A DNA stretch of 63,877 nt, filler included, from Lenisia limosa (GCA_001655205.1; 18 parts of 18 records of this genome joined end to end with filler, not necessarily neighbours in it); one strand, 5' to 3'. Numbered from the whole stretch's first letter, positions 33,958-47,640 are shown. Notes: generated by a model from the sequence alone, not told the origin. Translations and numbers: made by a program.

Positions 33958-36900
33958 AGGCAGCACCAGTGGCGCAGAGAGACCCGTCTCGACTCACAAA
34001 ACCAACTAAGGCTGAACAAATGCGTAAGAACGACTCGTCAAAGCCTGCTGGTTGGTTTGGTTGCCAAATGAGAGATATAACTTACAAGGACTAGGAAAGA
34101 AGATAAGAGGTACTATGTCTCATTTAGAGTGCGAAGAATGCAAAGAGAATCATACTACTTTTTATGTATCGTCAAACTGGGGTCTGGTTTATTGAAGTCT
34201 TGTGGAAGCCCTAACACTTTATTTTGGTCCTTCCCACTTTTACCACCCTCTTCACATATATGTTTTGATACCACATTTTCTAATAATATAGCTGGACCAA
34301 GAAACGTCTCGAAAGGCCTAGGCGGATGGGGAGCTGCAGAGGGGAGGTGGGGGGGAGTAAAGAATATTGGCGTGAAGGTACTAANNNNNNNNNNNNNNNN
34401 NNNNNNNNNNNNNNNNNNNNNNNNNNNNTTAATTAATTAANNNNNNNNNNNNNNNNNNNNNNNNNNNNNNNNNNNNNNNNNNNNATTGAATTCATGAAAC
34501 AAAATGGTAAATATGTTTGGGGGGAGGGGTGTTAACACTGTCCCTCGTATCTTCCATCACCTCATAAAACACCGTAATACAGCCCATCATCCCGTCACGC
34601 TTTAGTCTGAGTTTGAGGAGGCGGAAGTGACCGGAGACGGTTCAACGTCGCATCGCCGCAAGTGGCTCAAAAGGAAGCCTGGGGAGAAAGGTGGGCTGGA
34701 GTGATAGGTAGATTATTGAACTTTCAGTGTTGTTAAGGGGAAGGTACCGAAGACATCTTTAGAGAGAGAAATAAGAAGAAAACCATGGAAATTCTTTATT
34801 AGTGGGACCCCTGGCGATCCTAAAATCTCTGAAAAAAGAAGAAGAAAAACAGGGGGGGGGGGGGGNNNNNNNNNNNNNNNNNNNNNNNNNNNNNNNNNNN
34901 NNNNNNNNNNNNNNNNNNNNNNNNNNNNNNNNNNNNNNNNNNNNNNNNNNNNNNNNNNNNNNNNTATCTAACCTCCGTAGGTGCGGCTCCGCCACCAAAG
35001 GCGAAGAAGGTGTATCAATCTAAAGACCTCTTCAAATGTAGGCTTTTCTCATCGGAGTAAAAGGATGCGAAGATTTTGCCACCGAAGGATTTTGGGGGTT
35101 TTCCTTTTCCTTTATTGGGTTTTTGTGGGCACAATGCATGTGACCTGTTTAATATCTTCTATTATGGCCTTGCTTTCCACAGAAATTATATTATTTTCTG
35201 CTATTGCCTTGAGTTATTTCGTATTCTCTCACATTTCCAGTCACAAAGGTTCAAGCCGGTATCACAGAGAATGAGGCATACAAGTCAAGGGAAATCCACG
35301 CTCTCTACCGCTCAAACAGGAGGCATGAGTACGGGGGTATTAACTGTTGGAGACAATGATTTTATTTCATAAATACTGAGCAAGCTTCAGAGTTTATTTT
35401 CGGCTTCTTTTCAAGATCAATTCCGCCTTGCCCCCCTCCCCCGATGCATACTTTTTCTTAAAGAGAAATAATATACATTAGAAATCTTGGGAAACAAATC
35501 AAATGAATACATAGGGATACCATAAATAAATTTGCATACAAAGCCAGCCATTTTCCATTTTTCACCCCACCCCCACCCCCAGTGCGTCACGCATTCTCAA
35601 CTACGGATCTGGCTACGACCCGTTCGATGCCAAATGGCAGTATGGCGAGGACCAGCCGGCTCGGCCTTCCAAGGGGGCTAAGGGGAATGGTGGGAGGTAA
35701 AGGGTGACACGGGGTGGTAGTGGGTAAGGAATGACCGAAAAGGGCATCAATTCCTGCTAATATGACCTTTTCTTTTTGTCGTTACCCATCAGTTGGATGC
35801 GGTGCGTCAGAAGCGACTGGCCCGGGCTTTGTTTGTTTTGTTGTTTTTANNNNNNNNNNNNNNNNNNNNNNNNNNNNNNNNNNNNNNNNNNNNTTAATTA
35901 ATTAANNNNNNNNNNNNNNNNNNNNNNNNNNNNNNNNNNNNNNNNNNNNTTTGGGTGATCGAGCGGTGGGACTCTTCAAAGACTGGCTCGGTCTTGTTTT
36001 TGTTTTTATGTTTTTGTCATCTGGCCTTTGTCTAGTTTTAGCGTTGGTTGCTTGTGTTTGTTATTGCTTGTTTTTGTTTTTGTTTGGAGTTTCAGATTAT
36101 TCGGTTCGTGATTAGCACCTTTATGCCAATATTCTTAATCGAAATTTCCTTCGTTTTACTCCCCCCCCCCCCCNNNNNNNNNNNNNNNNNNNNNNNNNNN
36201 NNNNNNNNNNNNNNNNNNNNNNNNNNNNNNNNNNNNNNNNNNNNNNNNNNNNNNNNNNNNNNNNNNNNNNNNNNNNNNNNNNNNNNNNNNNNNNNNNNNN
36301 NNNNNNNNNNNNNNNNNNNNNNNNNNNNNNNNNNNNNNNNNNNNNNAGCCGGATAACACTGCAGCTCTCAGGAGAATGTGGGGGGATGGGGGTAGGGATC
36401 TTGAGTTTGCTGTTCTTCTTGTTGTTCTGTGTGTTGCTTCTTCTTCTTCTTCTTCTTTTTCTTCTTCTTCTTCTTCTTCTTCTTCTTCTTCTTCTTNNNN
36501 NNNNNNNNNNNNNNNNNNNNNNNNNNNNNNNNNNNNNNNNNNNNNNNNNNNNNNNNNNNNNNNNNNNNNNNNNNNNNNNNNNNNNNNNNNNNNNNNNNNN
36601 NNNNNNNNNNNNNNNNNNNNNNNNNNNNNNNNNNNNGCGGCAGCCGGGTGGACGGCGTCCTCAGCTGCCCCGAGATCCCGTTGATGCCTGAATAGTCCGG
36701 GGGGGTGTATTATTGTAGATGATAAAGTACATGATGTACATATATATATAGATATATATGTATATAATAGTATATGATATATTATATGACATGCATATAT
36801 TATATGATAATATATAATATACTATATGATATGATATATGTAGTATATGTAAAGGTGGGGGTAGAAGAGTATATAAACGCATGGGGGTGGGGGCTCTTTT

Positions 36901-37170
36901 TTCGCAGTTGTTATACCCCCCACCCTCCATCTTCGTTTTTATTAATAGTTATTCACAATCTTCATTTTTACATTTCTTCCCCGCTTCATTATAATATGAT
37001 ACCCCTAGCATCTTAGTTGATTTGGGCTTTCTTTTTTTTTGTTTCATAAATTTTCTAACTTACTCCCTTAGCATCTACCATCTGCGTCGATGTGCGCTCT
37101 TCAGCAACCTGGTGCAACACTCAGATGATATTGCAGCCCTGCGGACCACCTTTATTGCCCTACCTTATCG
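33958..37170 (+). CDS. Plus-strand exon fragments of one or more hypothetical genes across four scaffold pieces
   Basis: Exons AAPVAQRDPSRLTKPTKAEQM, SEFEEAEVTGDGSTSHRRKWLKRKPGEK, GAAPPPKAKKVYQSKDLFK, ASRILNYGSGYDPFDAKWQYGEDQP, IYHLRRCALFSNLVQHSDDIAALR. Confidence 0.4.
36437..36496. repeat. (CTT)n microsatellite running into a gap
   Basis: About 20 CTT units, one interrupted. Confidence 0.95.
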
Positions 37171-37197
37171 GTTCGAGGAGGGAAGCAGTATTAAAAC

Positions 37198-37286
37198 TAA
37201 GGCTTCACTTCGGTTTGAAAAAGACTGGTAAAATATCGATAGGATATATCGAGAACTTCATGCCTTCGAACCGAAGTGAAGCCCTA
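37198..37286. mobile_element. Family B MITE
   Basis: TAAGGCTTCACTTCGGTTTGAAAAAGACTG ... TTCGAACCGAAGTGAAGCCCTA. Confidence 0.85.
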
Positions 37287-37749
37287 GTTAGAGAGAAGGG
37301 AATTCTCTATCGCCCCTCCACCACCACCGTTTCACCCCATTTCACCCATTACGCACTTTTGTACACTTTTATACGCACTTGAATATNNNNNNNNNNNNNN
37401 NNNNNNNNNNNNNNNNNNNNNNNNNNNNNNTTAATTAATTAANNNNNNNNNNNNNNNNNNNNNNNNNNNNNNNNNNNNNNNNNNNNTAATTCCCCTATAT
37501 TTCTCATCTTATCATCCCCTCCACCCGGCCCCTATGAAGTTGTGTGATAATGAAGAGGCTTTCACATTTTATAAAAGGTTAGAAGAAGACCAAGGAGGAA
37601 TATATATAGCTACATATACTATAGTATATTTCCTCCTCCTAGAGAAGACACCATCTCAATTAAATAAGAAGCATATTTAAATATCGACCGAAAAGGCCAG
37701 TTAACTTAACGTCTCGTTGGGTGACTCGAAGGTTTCTTTGGCCATGCCC

Positions 37750-39343
37750 TCAGTCATTCTCAGTCAATTCCTTGAAGTCGACAAATAACTCAGGGTGATC
37801 TTTTTGTAGCTTTCGCCTGATCTTTCTGGAAGAAGAAAAAAAGTTAAACTCCAGAGTAAAATAAATATATTAGGTTGTAGTAGTACTTACTACACAAAGG
37901 GAAATTTCTACTAAAACCCAAATTTCCACAAAAATGTAACATACGAGAGCTATGGGAAATGGAAATGAGAAATAAAAAAAAATAAGCAGGATGAATCCGT
38001 CCATTCCACGATTGGGATGACAACATAGTAGTTTCAATAATTCATCCATCTCGATATATTAGCGTTGGTGTATTATACTTGACCCGCTACCTTAGTTTGG
38101 TATGAGTGGAGAGTAACTGGCTTTTCATAGTAGCCAGCATTGCCACATGAGCTTGAAGGGGATCCTGAACGGTTACAAGAAAAAATACACCGGTATTATA
38201 GTAAGTACATATCATATAATATGATATATTTATTATATCTCTCAGTGTCAGGTATATTCAACATTTTTCTTGTTCCCTAACAAAGGATGCCCCGTATCCC
38301 CCCAAACACCTTAAAAAGTGACCACCCCCTCTAACTAACCCATAAACCTCTTTGTAGCCCCACGCCCAACCTGGATGTGTTTAAACCTTGACTGCAGGTC
38401 GTCATTGAAGCAGGACAACGCCTCTCGTGACTGTGACAGTTTCAACAACCTTGAATATTATCAGTAATAATTGCCGTATTTTACTGGCTGGGGTTAAATT
38501 GGGGCGTGACACCTTTTTGAGAGCACGGAAGTATGCTAAATGGAAACCCATTGATACACAATTTCGGTAAAGATAGATTTCCCTCATTATGAAAAGACAC
38601 TTGGAAAATGTATCACACCAAACACCACAATATACATGTACATCTGATATAGGGTACCAAAAAAGTCAGCCCTTCTCTTGGTCAATGATATGATACGATA
38701 TACACCAGTCATACCCTCAAGATTATATGAGGGCTTTGAACCAAGTCAACGTTTCCCCAAAAGAGGCGTAATGAATGTTTTGTTATTCTACTTCAGCAAA
38801 CATTATGTTGAAATAAGAAAACACCACAGGAAGTTCTCCACAACATCATGTTTATAAGTGATAGTATTATAGTATTCATTAAATACACATGACCAATGCT
38901 TTGCGAATGAACTACCATCATTTCATGTTCTTCTTGAAGTGCAAGCTTTCTCATGTTCGCCCCCCCCCTACGTGTCTTTTTGGAGCTGCGCAATGCTCTC
39001 CACTTCTTCATGTTGAATGAGACCTCCCACTGCTTCCTAGCACCATAAAAAATGATTCAGGCCAAACTAATACAACTCAATATAGTACTATGATATTTTT
39101 TTTCTCTTGATTGCATTGTTTTTTGCACGCAATTAGGATTTCAACCTCACCAACCTTGACAGTGGTCATCATATTCTCCACTTTCTCCACATCAACACCG
39201 GGAAACGGCTGAGGCAATCAGACAAAATATAGGAAGTATCTGTCGTGTGTAGAAAAAAACGAAAGACAATAATAAGAGACAACTCCATTGAAAAACAAAC
39301 TATGCTGTCGAACCTGAGCTTCAGCTGTTTCAGGAGTTGCCAT
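37750..39343 (-). CDS. KXD1: KxDL-domain protein (KXD1/BORCS4-like), complete
   Basis: Spliced in phase: MATPETAEAQ|PFPGVDVEKVENMMTTVK|EAVGGLIQHEEVESIAQLQKDT|LLKLSQSREALSCFNDDLQSRFKHIQ|DPLQAHVAMLATMKSQLLSTHTKLR|KIRRKLQKDHPELFVDFKELTEND*. Spacing matches remembered KXD1 (N-FN, H-L-MK-L, KL-HPE-F); not verified by search. Confidence 0.72.
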
Positions 39344-39581
39344 TATTGTCTTCTTCTTCTAATAAAAAGCAGAAGAACAGGGAAACAGATAGGTGATCCT
39401 CCTTATCACAGGATGACAACGAGAGGTGGAGGGGGGGGGGCGCTTTTTTTCTTGATAAAGAAGAGAAGAAGGAGGAAGAAACAAATCAAAGAAATTAACA
39501 AGAGAGGAGAAGCAGGCGAAAAGCAAAAAGAGCAAGACGAAGGGAGGAAAGAAAAAAAAAAGGAGGAAGGAGAAAAAAAAG

Positions 39582-39653
39582 AGCCGAATCGCGGACTCGA
39601 ACCACGGACCTCACGCTTACTAAGCGTGCGCACTACCACTATGCTAATCCGGC
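39582..39653 (-). tRNA. tRNA-Thr-AGT: tRNA-Thr (anticodon AGT), intronless
   Basis: GCCGGATTAGCATAGTGGTAGTGCGCACGCTTAGTAAGCGTGAGGTCCGTGGTTCGAGTCCGCGATTCGGCT folds as a full cloverleaf and is followed by an oligo-T Pol III terminator. Confidence 0.97.
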
Positions 39654-39805
39654 TTGATAAAAATTAAAATTTCTTATTCATTTCCTATCACAATTTTTTT
39701 TGAAATTTCGAAATCGAAAATTTTCGAGAACATTTCTCTTTTTGTAATCTATTTTAAAAAACACTTCCATCTTGATTTTATTGGAAAGGAAGGGCGAAAG
39801 AAAAT

Positions 39806-40640
39806 ATGCTGGGAGTAAAGATGGGGAAAGAGTTCCCCTCTGCCCCCGCCTCCTTCATTTTTCCTCTTGAAGGTGAGAGTTTGTTAAAATATTAAGGCAT
39901 ACAACACTACAAGTTAATGAGAATGAGTAGATACGACAGGAAGGAGTTTGTATTTTAAACATATTTGTTGCTCTTTTGCTGTTTTTTGAGGGTTGCTTTT
40001 CTCACTTCCAGAACAAAGAGTGGAGGGAGCATCGATGGTTCTTATGCTGCCTGAACGAACAAATGATCTTATTCTCGAAGATAATGCAAGAGAGGTGGGA
40101 GGGTACAGAGAGGTAGGATGCAGTGATGCATTTAAACCTTTTACTTTCCTTTTACACAACAGATCGAACAGATATTTCTGAGTCATNNNNNNNNNNGCAT
40201 TTAAACCTTTTACTTTCCTTTTACACAACAGATCGAACAGATATTTCTGAGTCATGGGGAGGCGGCAGTAACTCTTGAGGTGGAAGGGAATGTATATAAT
40301 ACATGTATACATACTATGTATAACATATGCAATAAACAATTTCAAGTTAATATTCGATAATTCAATCGACTTAGTGGGGACTCAAGTACAATTTGTGTAG
40401 AGCTGTATAGGTTACCAATAACATTACGACAAAAAACGGTCAGTGGTCTAATGATGATAATGCACTGAAAGCTCTCAGATATTTTAGCATTATTATTTGA
40501 CCAGAAAGAGCACACTTTAAAATGCATCTTAAAGGCTTATTTAACATTTGTACCAACCTGCAACGGTTTAGGGAGTCAATCTCTTTGAACTGGCCTGCTT
40601 CCACGGAAGCTGGCAGTGCATCATGGTGTTGAGGGAGCAT
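39806..40640 (+). CDS. Hypothetical protein, possible ankyrin repeat
   Basis: In-phase exons MGKEFPSAPASFIFPLE|EQRVEGASMVLMLPERTNDLILEDNARE|IEQIFLSHGEAAVTLE; later FELACFHGSWQCIMVLREHG resembles an ankyrin helix-turn-helix. Confidence 0.4.
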
Positions 40641-40873
40641 GGCTGTAGCTTTTCTTCTATTCGTGAATGCTGTGTTGGTGGTGTGACAAACCTTCAATTC
40701 TGACCCACGATATGAATTTTCTAGAAATGCTTGATAATCACAATATCTATTTGTCTATTTCGAATCAACATGAAGTTTTACGTATGACTGATATAAATCT
40801 CCTCGTCAACTGATGGGGTAAAAAAAAGTCATTACTAAGGGCATTACTACACCTTGTATAGTTTGAAGAGGGA

Positions 40874-41032
40874 AATGACCGGGAGAAGTCTTGTCCGATT
40901 TACCATGTGATTTCGTCAACGAAAATAGGTAAAGGCTACTCCCGGTCACTGTATGTATACATAAATTTATACACTTACCGCGATAAATGTTTATTTGAGT
41001 TAATCGTGCCAGGATTTATCATGGTTACTGTA
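40874..41032. mobile_element. Adjacent family E (40874-40953) and family D (40970-41032) micro-MITEs
   Basis: ..TGACCGGGAGAAGTC...CCCGGTCACTGTA, then TACACTTACCGCGATAAAT...GATTTATCATGGTTACTGTA. Confidence 0.7.
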
Positions 41033-42144
41033 ATAATAATATATGCTGCTGCACGGAAACCGTGTCATTTATGAGAAACCGTGTCATTTATGATTTTCGT
41101 CTTTTTTCACTTCTATTTGTTAAAAAAAAAGATAAAATCACTCTGGTATGTATGTGTTTGAAGGTTGGAACACAAAAAAGAAGTATATTTTCCACAATTA
41201 TTTCTTCAACTTTTGCTTTTGCTTTAAAAATTCAACTTTTTTCTTGGTTGGACTTAACACCCCCCCCCTTATTAATAGGGGTATTTTTCGCCCGATCAGG
41301 CTTTAACTCTGCTGGAGTAGNNNNNNNNNNNNNNNNNNNNNNNNNNNNNNNNNNNNNNNNNNNNTTAATTAATTAANNNNNNNNNNNNNNNNNNNNNNNN
41401 NNNNNNNNNNNNNNNNNNNNCCCCCCCCCCGCTAACAAGTCATCTTGTTTTTTTTTACCTCCCTCGCACAATTATCTCTCAAATTTCCTTCGCTTAGAGT
41501 ATCATATAATAATAGTATTAAAAGTTTATGTTTAAACAATACCCTTAGCACAGAGTCGATGTGTTAGAACATCGATTGGCGGACTTGCACATGGTGGTGA
41601 AGAATAAGAACCCCAGGTTTGTTGACCATGCCTAAAACATCTCACGAAATTGCTTAAACGAATACGTACAATAATTTATTATTATTATTTTCTTTCAATA
41701 GCTCAACTATTCTCACAACGCAGCCTTCTTCTTCATTTGCGTGAGAGCCGTCCAGACTCGAAATCTCTAAGGAACTCTAAATCAAGGTTTTGATGCGATT
41801 TGTTATGTTTTTTTTTTGTATAGGGTTTTGTTAATGCAGGTTTAGTTTATGACAAGATGAAACTGATCTTCTTGTATCATCGTAGTAAATTATATTTTAT
41901 GTCTCACATTTTCCTCTCCAATTTGTTCTTTTCGACAGCCCGTAATTGTGTGAATATCTCTTGTCTTTTGAGCTTTCCCAAACATGGATAGTATCATAAC
42001 ATGATAATCGAGTATGCAGAAAAAACTTCACGCGTCTAAGTTTGATTGTTGAATGAGACAAGCGACTCCTGAGACTCCCTCCCCCTTCTGACAACGTCTT
42101 TTATGATGGAATCAGAAGTACCATAGATATATACAAAACAAAAA

Positions 42145-42440
42145 CTAGAGCAATGGCTTGCTATCATCTTCACTGGAAGCCTTTTCTTTTTCCTCATCCT
42201 TATCATTTTCCTCATCCTTCTTTTCCTCTTCCTTCTTCTCTTCCTGTGATGGTGGCAGGAAATTACAGGTTACTAAAACATGAAATGAGAAAATAAAAGC
42301 AGAGAATACACAGTAGAAAATACTAGTGAAAGAATAAACTGTTGAAAAAACGAGAATTTTTGTACCTGGAAAGTAAATCACTCCATCCTGGTTCTTGCCT
42401 CTAATCTTTTGCAGTCTCTTGAATTATTTCCATACTTGAG
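42145..42440 (-). CDS. Hypothetical protein, acidic C-terminal exons
   Basis: GKNQDGVIYFP|VTCNFLPPSQEEKKEEEKKDEENDKDEEKEKASSEDDSKPLL*. Confidence 0.4.
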
Positions 42441-43854
42441 CAGATCAATAATTCACTACCAATTTGGTCCAAAATGGGTGGTTAAGGTGTACTACAGGGA
42501 TTGAACCTTGCTGATATGAACCTTGCTGATACAACAGGAACTTTATGCGAGGGCTGCGAAAGCCAGGGGCCTTGACTTCCATTTCCGGAGCAAGTACACA
42601 AAGTACTTGAATTCCGATATTTGACAGTGTAAATGTGTTAATGGTGTAGGAAAAGACACGACTTGTTTATTGAGTGTGGTCAGATCAATCTTTGTTGTTT
42701 TATTGCCGTTCACATTTTACAATCACTTTTGTGGTGTTTCATAGTATAGCTATATTATATTTTCTTACAGTTGTGGTTTAGATATGGAATCTGGACCGAA
42801 TCCCGACCCGTCCTTTGAACAGATGTGATTTTTAAGTTAGCCACTTTTTGTTACGTTTACTGAGAATGTGACCCAAAAAAAACAGAATTAACTGACACTG
42901 ACATTTTACTCTTTGCAACCTTCCAGGTACAACAATCACAATGAAACAAGAAATAGGATTGAACCCAGCATACCATCGTCAGCTGAAGCGCTGTTACGAG
43001 TGCTCATGGTCTGGAAATATGAGGGGATTTCAAGACTATAAGTCAAACGCTATGGAAGTCAATCATTGCTTGCTATTGATGGAGTCTAGCTTTGTAAATT
43101 GGTACAATTGAGGAGCAATGTTTGTTTGTAGTATCCCTTTCTAGGCACAATCAGATCCTTTAGCAGCGTTACACCCCCCCCCCCCAACCGGAGGANNNNN
43201 NNNNNNNNNNNNNNNNNNNNNNNNNNNNNNNNNNNNNNNNNNNNNNNNNNNNNNNNNNNNNAATTGTGCCGTATCCGTTACTGTGAGGGTAAACAAAATA
43301 GGATATGAACACATGTAGCAAAATGAGAAAAGTACTGGGTAGTGGTTGTGTATGATATTATGAAGTTGAGTCACTTTCCCCTTTTGTCCCTCACCACAGA
43401 TAATGAAATATGTGTGAGGACCGATACATCGTGATATAGTAATATTATGTAGCAATATAGAAAGTAGTCGAACTCCACGTACTTTCTCATTTCCGAGCCT
43501 TTGGGAGTGGAGGAAGACATCCGAGGGGCTGTTAGAGGGTAGCGGTAACTTGCCAGGTTCGCAATGCTACCCGTGTGGCCAAGCTGTGAAGTGAGTAAAT
43601 ATGTGTACGTGCGTGTACTGTCTATATCATATAGCTGTGATATACTGTATATACATGAACATGTACATATACATATTATATGATCTAGTATATATATATA
43701 TATCATATGCATTCTAGATAGTATATGTTTTATATATGTATGTGTGTGTGTGCGTTGTGTGTGCTTCTTTTGTAGAGGACACCCCGGATATATGTCCTAA
43801 TTTCTTGGCCCGCGATGGCCAAGGTGCGGGTAGCTTGAACCTTTAGTTCCCATT

Positions 43855-44403
43855 CTAGGAAATAAACTCAGACGCTACTGAATCTTCCCTTCCCTTTACA
43901 AAAGAATGAGGAACACCACCCACCTTTTCCAGCTTATGGATGTGCTGCGCCAGATCCTTCCTTGTAATGATTCCCTCGACTTTTCCCTCGGTTGTGACCA
44001 AGACGTTACGCGGGCCGAGTTTCTTCACCAATTCTACAACGGTAAACATAGGGCGTTACTTCAGTCCACAAAATACCTGTGAAATATCGATACTTTAGAA
44101 GATTCCCTCATATTAATAATACTCTCGTAATACTTCCTCTCATACCAAGAACCATTTCAATCGGAGACTGCGGTGTGACCTGAACCGGGGTCTGTGGAGT
44201 CAGAGGTACAATGTGGGAGAGGGTTTAAAGGTCAAATTACACAGTAAACAATTACTCCGACACCAACACTCTATCCCCCCAACCCAGTACACGATCTGTC
44301 TGAAGTCGACATGGTCGTCAGGCATGGTCTCAGTCGTCTCGCAGCCGAAATAGATATTCGTGCTCCCGGGATAGATGGCTCGGAGTTGGCCTGAAGGCAT
44401 CAT
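43855..44403 (-). CDS. CLC chloride channel/transporter C-terminal CBS region, partial
   Basis: DHVDFRQIVYW|TPVQVTPQSPIEMVL|ELVKKLGPRNVLVTTEGKVEGIITRKDLAQH matches the CBS2 pattern of CLC proteins. Confidence 0.7.
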
Positions 44404-45419
44404 AACAAGGGGGGGGGGGNNNNNNNNNNNNNNNNNNNNNNNNNNNNNNNNNNNNNNNNNNNNTTAATTAATTAANNNNNNNNNNNNNNNNNNNNNNNNN
44501 NNNNNNNNNNNNNNNNNNNTTTATCATATTGACCCCTGTCATTTTTGTGGCCCGCCCGGCACCAGGGTCACCCCCCTGTCCTAAGTTCCTAAATTACACC
44601 TAAATGAAGATGAATAATGGAGTTTGGAGCAGGAGGAAAGCAAGTGACAAGTACTTTATTGTTAAAAAAGGTAAAGCTCATTGTTTTGATGTTTCTTTAA
44701 ACACTTGCTTTCCTAAGGCATCCACAATTATCGCTACAGATAATTTACAAGAAAAGGTAGGCACTTTAAATGACTAATTCATTAAGGGCCTCTCAAATCT
44801 TGGGGAGCAAGACTGTTGCTTACACAAAAGACAGACAAAGTTTCCGGTTGGACTTTCAATAGTCTATGATCAGAGACAATTTGAAGGGCCAAACTACCTT
44901 CATTCATCAATGCCAGGGTTGGTTGGCGATTTGATAACTTCGAAGAGTATTCTATAAAGAACGAACACGCTTTTGGAGAAACACTCTTAACAGAGCATCA
45001 AGCTTACAAGTTTGTTATTCTCCCTCACGTTATTTTTTGTTGACAAATAATACACATTGGGAGTGGGCTGAGGACATCACAAATCAGTTTCAAAAAACTG
45101 CCAGTTCTTTAAAAGAGTGTATGTACGTTTCTATTTTTTTTTTTTTTTTTTTTTNNNNNNNNNNNNNNNNNNNNNNNNNNNNNNNNNNNNNNNNNNNNNN
45201 NNNNNNNNNNNNNNNNNNNNNNNNNNNNNNNNNNNNNNNNNNNNNNNNNNNNNNNNNNNNNNNNNNNNNNNNNNNNNNNNNNNNNNNNNNNNNNNNNNNN
45301 NNNNNNNNNNNNNNNNNNNNNNNNNNNNNNNNNNNNNNGTTATTTAACCTCTGGTCAAAATATAAAAAATGTATCATATTTGAAAATATGGAAAACAGGC
45401 AGTACAAATTCCAAAAAAA

Positions 45420-46099
45420 TCAAATATTTGATTTGATATTGGCCTGGCAACGACGTGGCATGGAGTCGATTAGGTTTTTAATTGCAGATCCAAGCATCAT
45501 CGTATCAGCTTCGTAGGTCGGTTTGATACCAGATTCGCGCAATTTTGTGTCAAGTAGTCATGCATGCTCAATGTTCAAATCTGGACTTTGTCCAGACCAG
45601 TTCATATTGGGGCATTGTCAAAAATATATTTTTTACACATCTGAACACTAAGAATACGGAATTAAAAAGCGGATGAAAAGTGGCAACGATTACACGGAAC
45701 TTCTTTTGCCATGTCATGTGCTTTGGGTCGTTATCCTGTTGAAACATTGCATTTTTGAATTGGCACGTGCAAAACCGCCAACTTCAACTTTCATGAAACC
45801 CCATCTTTTTGACATAATGCATCCCAAATAGTTCATAAAATGTTCAAGATACAGTCTCAAAACACTTTCAGGACTTAATATAAAAATGTTCAGGAATATC
45901 AGAAAGTGTTTCGTAAAAAAAATATCGTTAAACGTGCAGTTAGAAATTGTGGAAAATCATCAAAGTTGGCAATATAAACTTGCCTTTTATGGGAAAATGA
46001 ACTGAACTGTGGAAAATTTTAAATATAACTTTTTTGTACAAAATGCCATTTTCTTCACTCAAAATGAAAGTTACAACATTACTTATCTCACGCACTGTA
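45420..46099 (-). pseudogene. Tc1/mariner transposase remnant with one terminus
   Basis: MFQQDNDPKH (D at 45733-45735), WSGQSPDLNIE (E at 45567-45569), KNLIDSMPRRCQA; frameshifts and stops; terminus TA|CAGTGCGTGAGATAAGT at 46081-46099. Confidence 0.85.
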
Positions 46100-47377
46100 A
46101 ATATACAGGGATTTGCGATTTGTTTTGAGCTTTGATTTTATTTTACTGAAGAGAAAGGCTGTTGTCGCACCACACTACAAAGAATCTCAGATATCCTCTA
46201 AATATTTCAAGTAAGTGTGTGAACTTGTTGTTTTAGACTTATAAGAAGACCCTTAGAAGTTCAGTCTCATTTGCTACCGTCGACTTCACTACTATCACCC
46301 CTTTATGCTCTTGCTGATTCTAGAGCAATGAAATCCCGAATCCATTCTTTGGATGTTCCTCTGGAAGGTATTAATTAAGCACTCTAAATGCAGATTCACC
46401 TTTTTTGAAAATACCAAACTCTCCCCTTTGTCTTGATAGAACTCATGGTGTAAGCAATCCTTGTAAGCCCAAAACAAGTACATATGTAGGGCTAATGTGT
46501 AGCTTCTCTTGTGAACAAAATTCTTAAAAAGAAGAGTGAACTAAAAACTCGGCAAACGGCTGTGCGATATACAGCTCAAGTTATTATTAAAGGTGTGTTA
46601 TTGCTTTCTACTCTTTGTTTTAAATATCTAGATAGTATATTTAGTACATATATATGATATATCATATAGGTTGGTGTTTAAAACCGCGAACAAGCCAAAA
46701 ATCGACATAAATCGCTTCAATAACACNNNNNNNNNNAAAAAAAGATCTTTTGATCAAAATCGAACGGCCGGGGTCACCCAGTTTCCTTTTTAATATTTTT
46801 TGAAACCCCCCTCTTTCAGAATAATATCATTTTGAGCCTATTAAAGTGCCCCACTATAGAAACGCAGATTTTTAAGGAGAATTTGAATCTGAAGTCCATT
46901 TTTGGAGAAAATGTGGTGGTTATGAGGTATTTAAGTCAACTTTTGTCACGGTTTTTTCAAGAATTTTTCTTGTTCAGTCTCTATAATGGAGCCAATGGAC
47001 AAAATAGACGTCTGATTAAAGTAGATGCTGCGTCAACAACCCATTTACTGTTCTGGAACGGCACAAAAGGTAAGAGTCAAATTCGGTAATTTACGCTCAT
47101 TTTTTGCCCAATTTGTCTCGTATTCTCTACTTAANNNNNNNNNNNNNNNNNNNNNNNNNNNNNNNNNNNNNNNNNNNNNNNNNNNNNNNNNNNNNNNNNN
47201 NNNNNNNGTTGGCTCAAAAATTGAAAGAAAAGCCTCCTTTTCGTGATTTTAATCATGTTGGCGGTTATAACTATATGATATATACTGCACATATGATATA
47301 GTATATTTATTTTAATAAATACCAAGCAATCATATATCATATATATTACTCAAGTATGGGGAGTCAAGATGAAATCC

Positions 47378-47411
47378 TTAAAGCAGGGTTTCATTTGAAA
47401 CCCTGCTTTAA
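47378..47411. repeat. Perfect 16-bp hairpin with TTAA ends
   Basis: TTAAAGCAGGGTTTCA-TT-TGAAACCCTGCTTTAA. Confidence 0.9.
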
Positions 47412-47640
47412 ATTTTGTGAATGGAGTTTCTATCGGTTCAACATCTCAGGTGTTAGAAAACTGAGCCAAATCTGACAATATGGAAGATTTGAATGATGCA
47501 TTGAATTCAAATAAGTTTTCTAATATAGCTACTGACATTCACACAGGAACACCACATGATTTGTAAAGGTTCATTAATTTCAAATACGTTCTCGATAGCT
47601 ACTGACATAAACAGGAATCCCCTAAAGGCTAAGGACACAG

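Noticed and set aside
39245-39667. 140-aa Lys/Glu-rich ORF
   Set aside because: It is antisense read-through of a purine tract and the tRNA gene.
40128-40255. 59-bp direct repeat
   Set aside because: Identical copies sit either side of a 10-N gap: an unmerged contig overlap.
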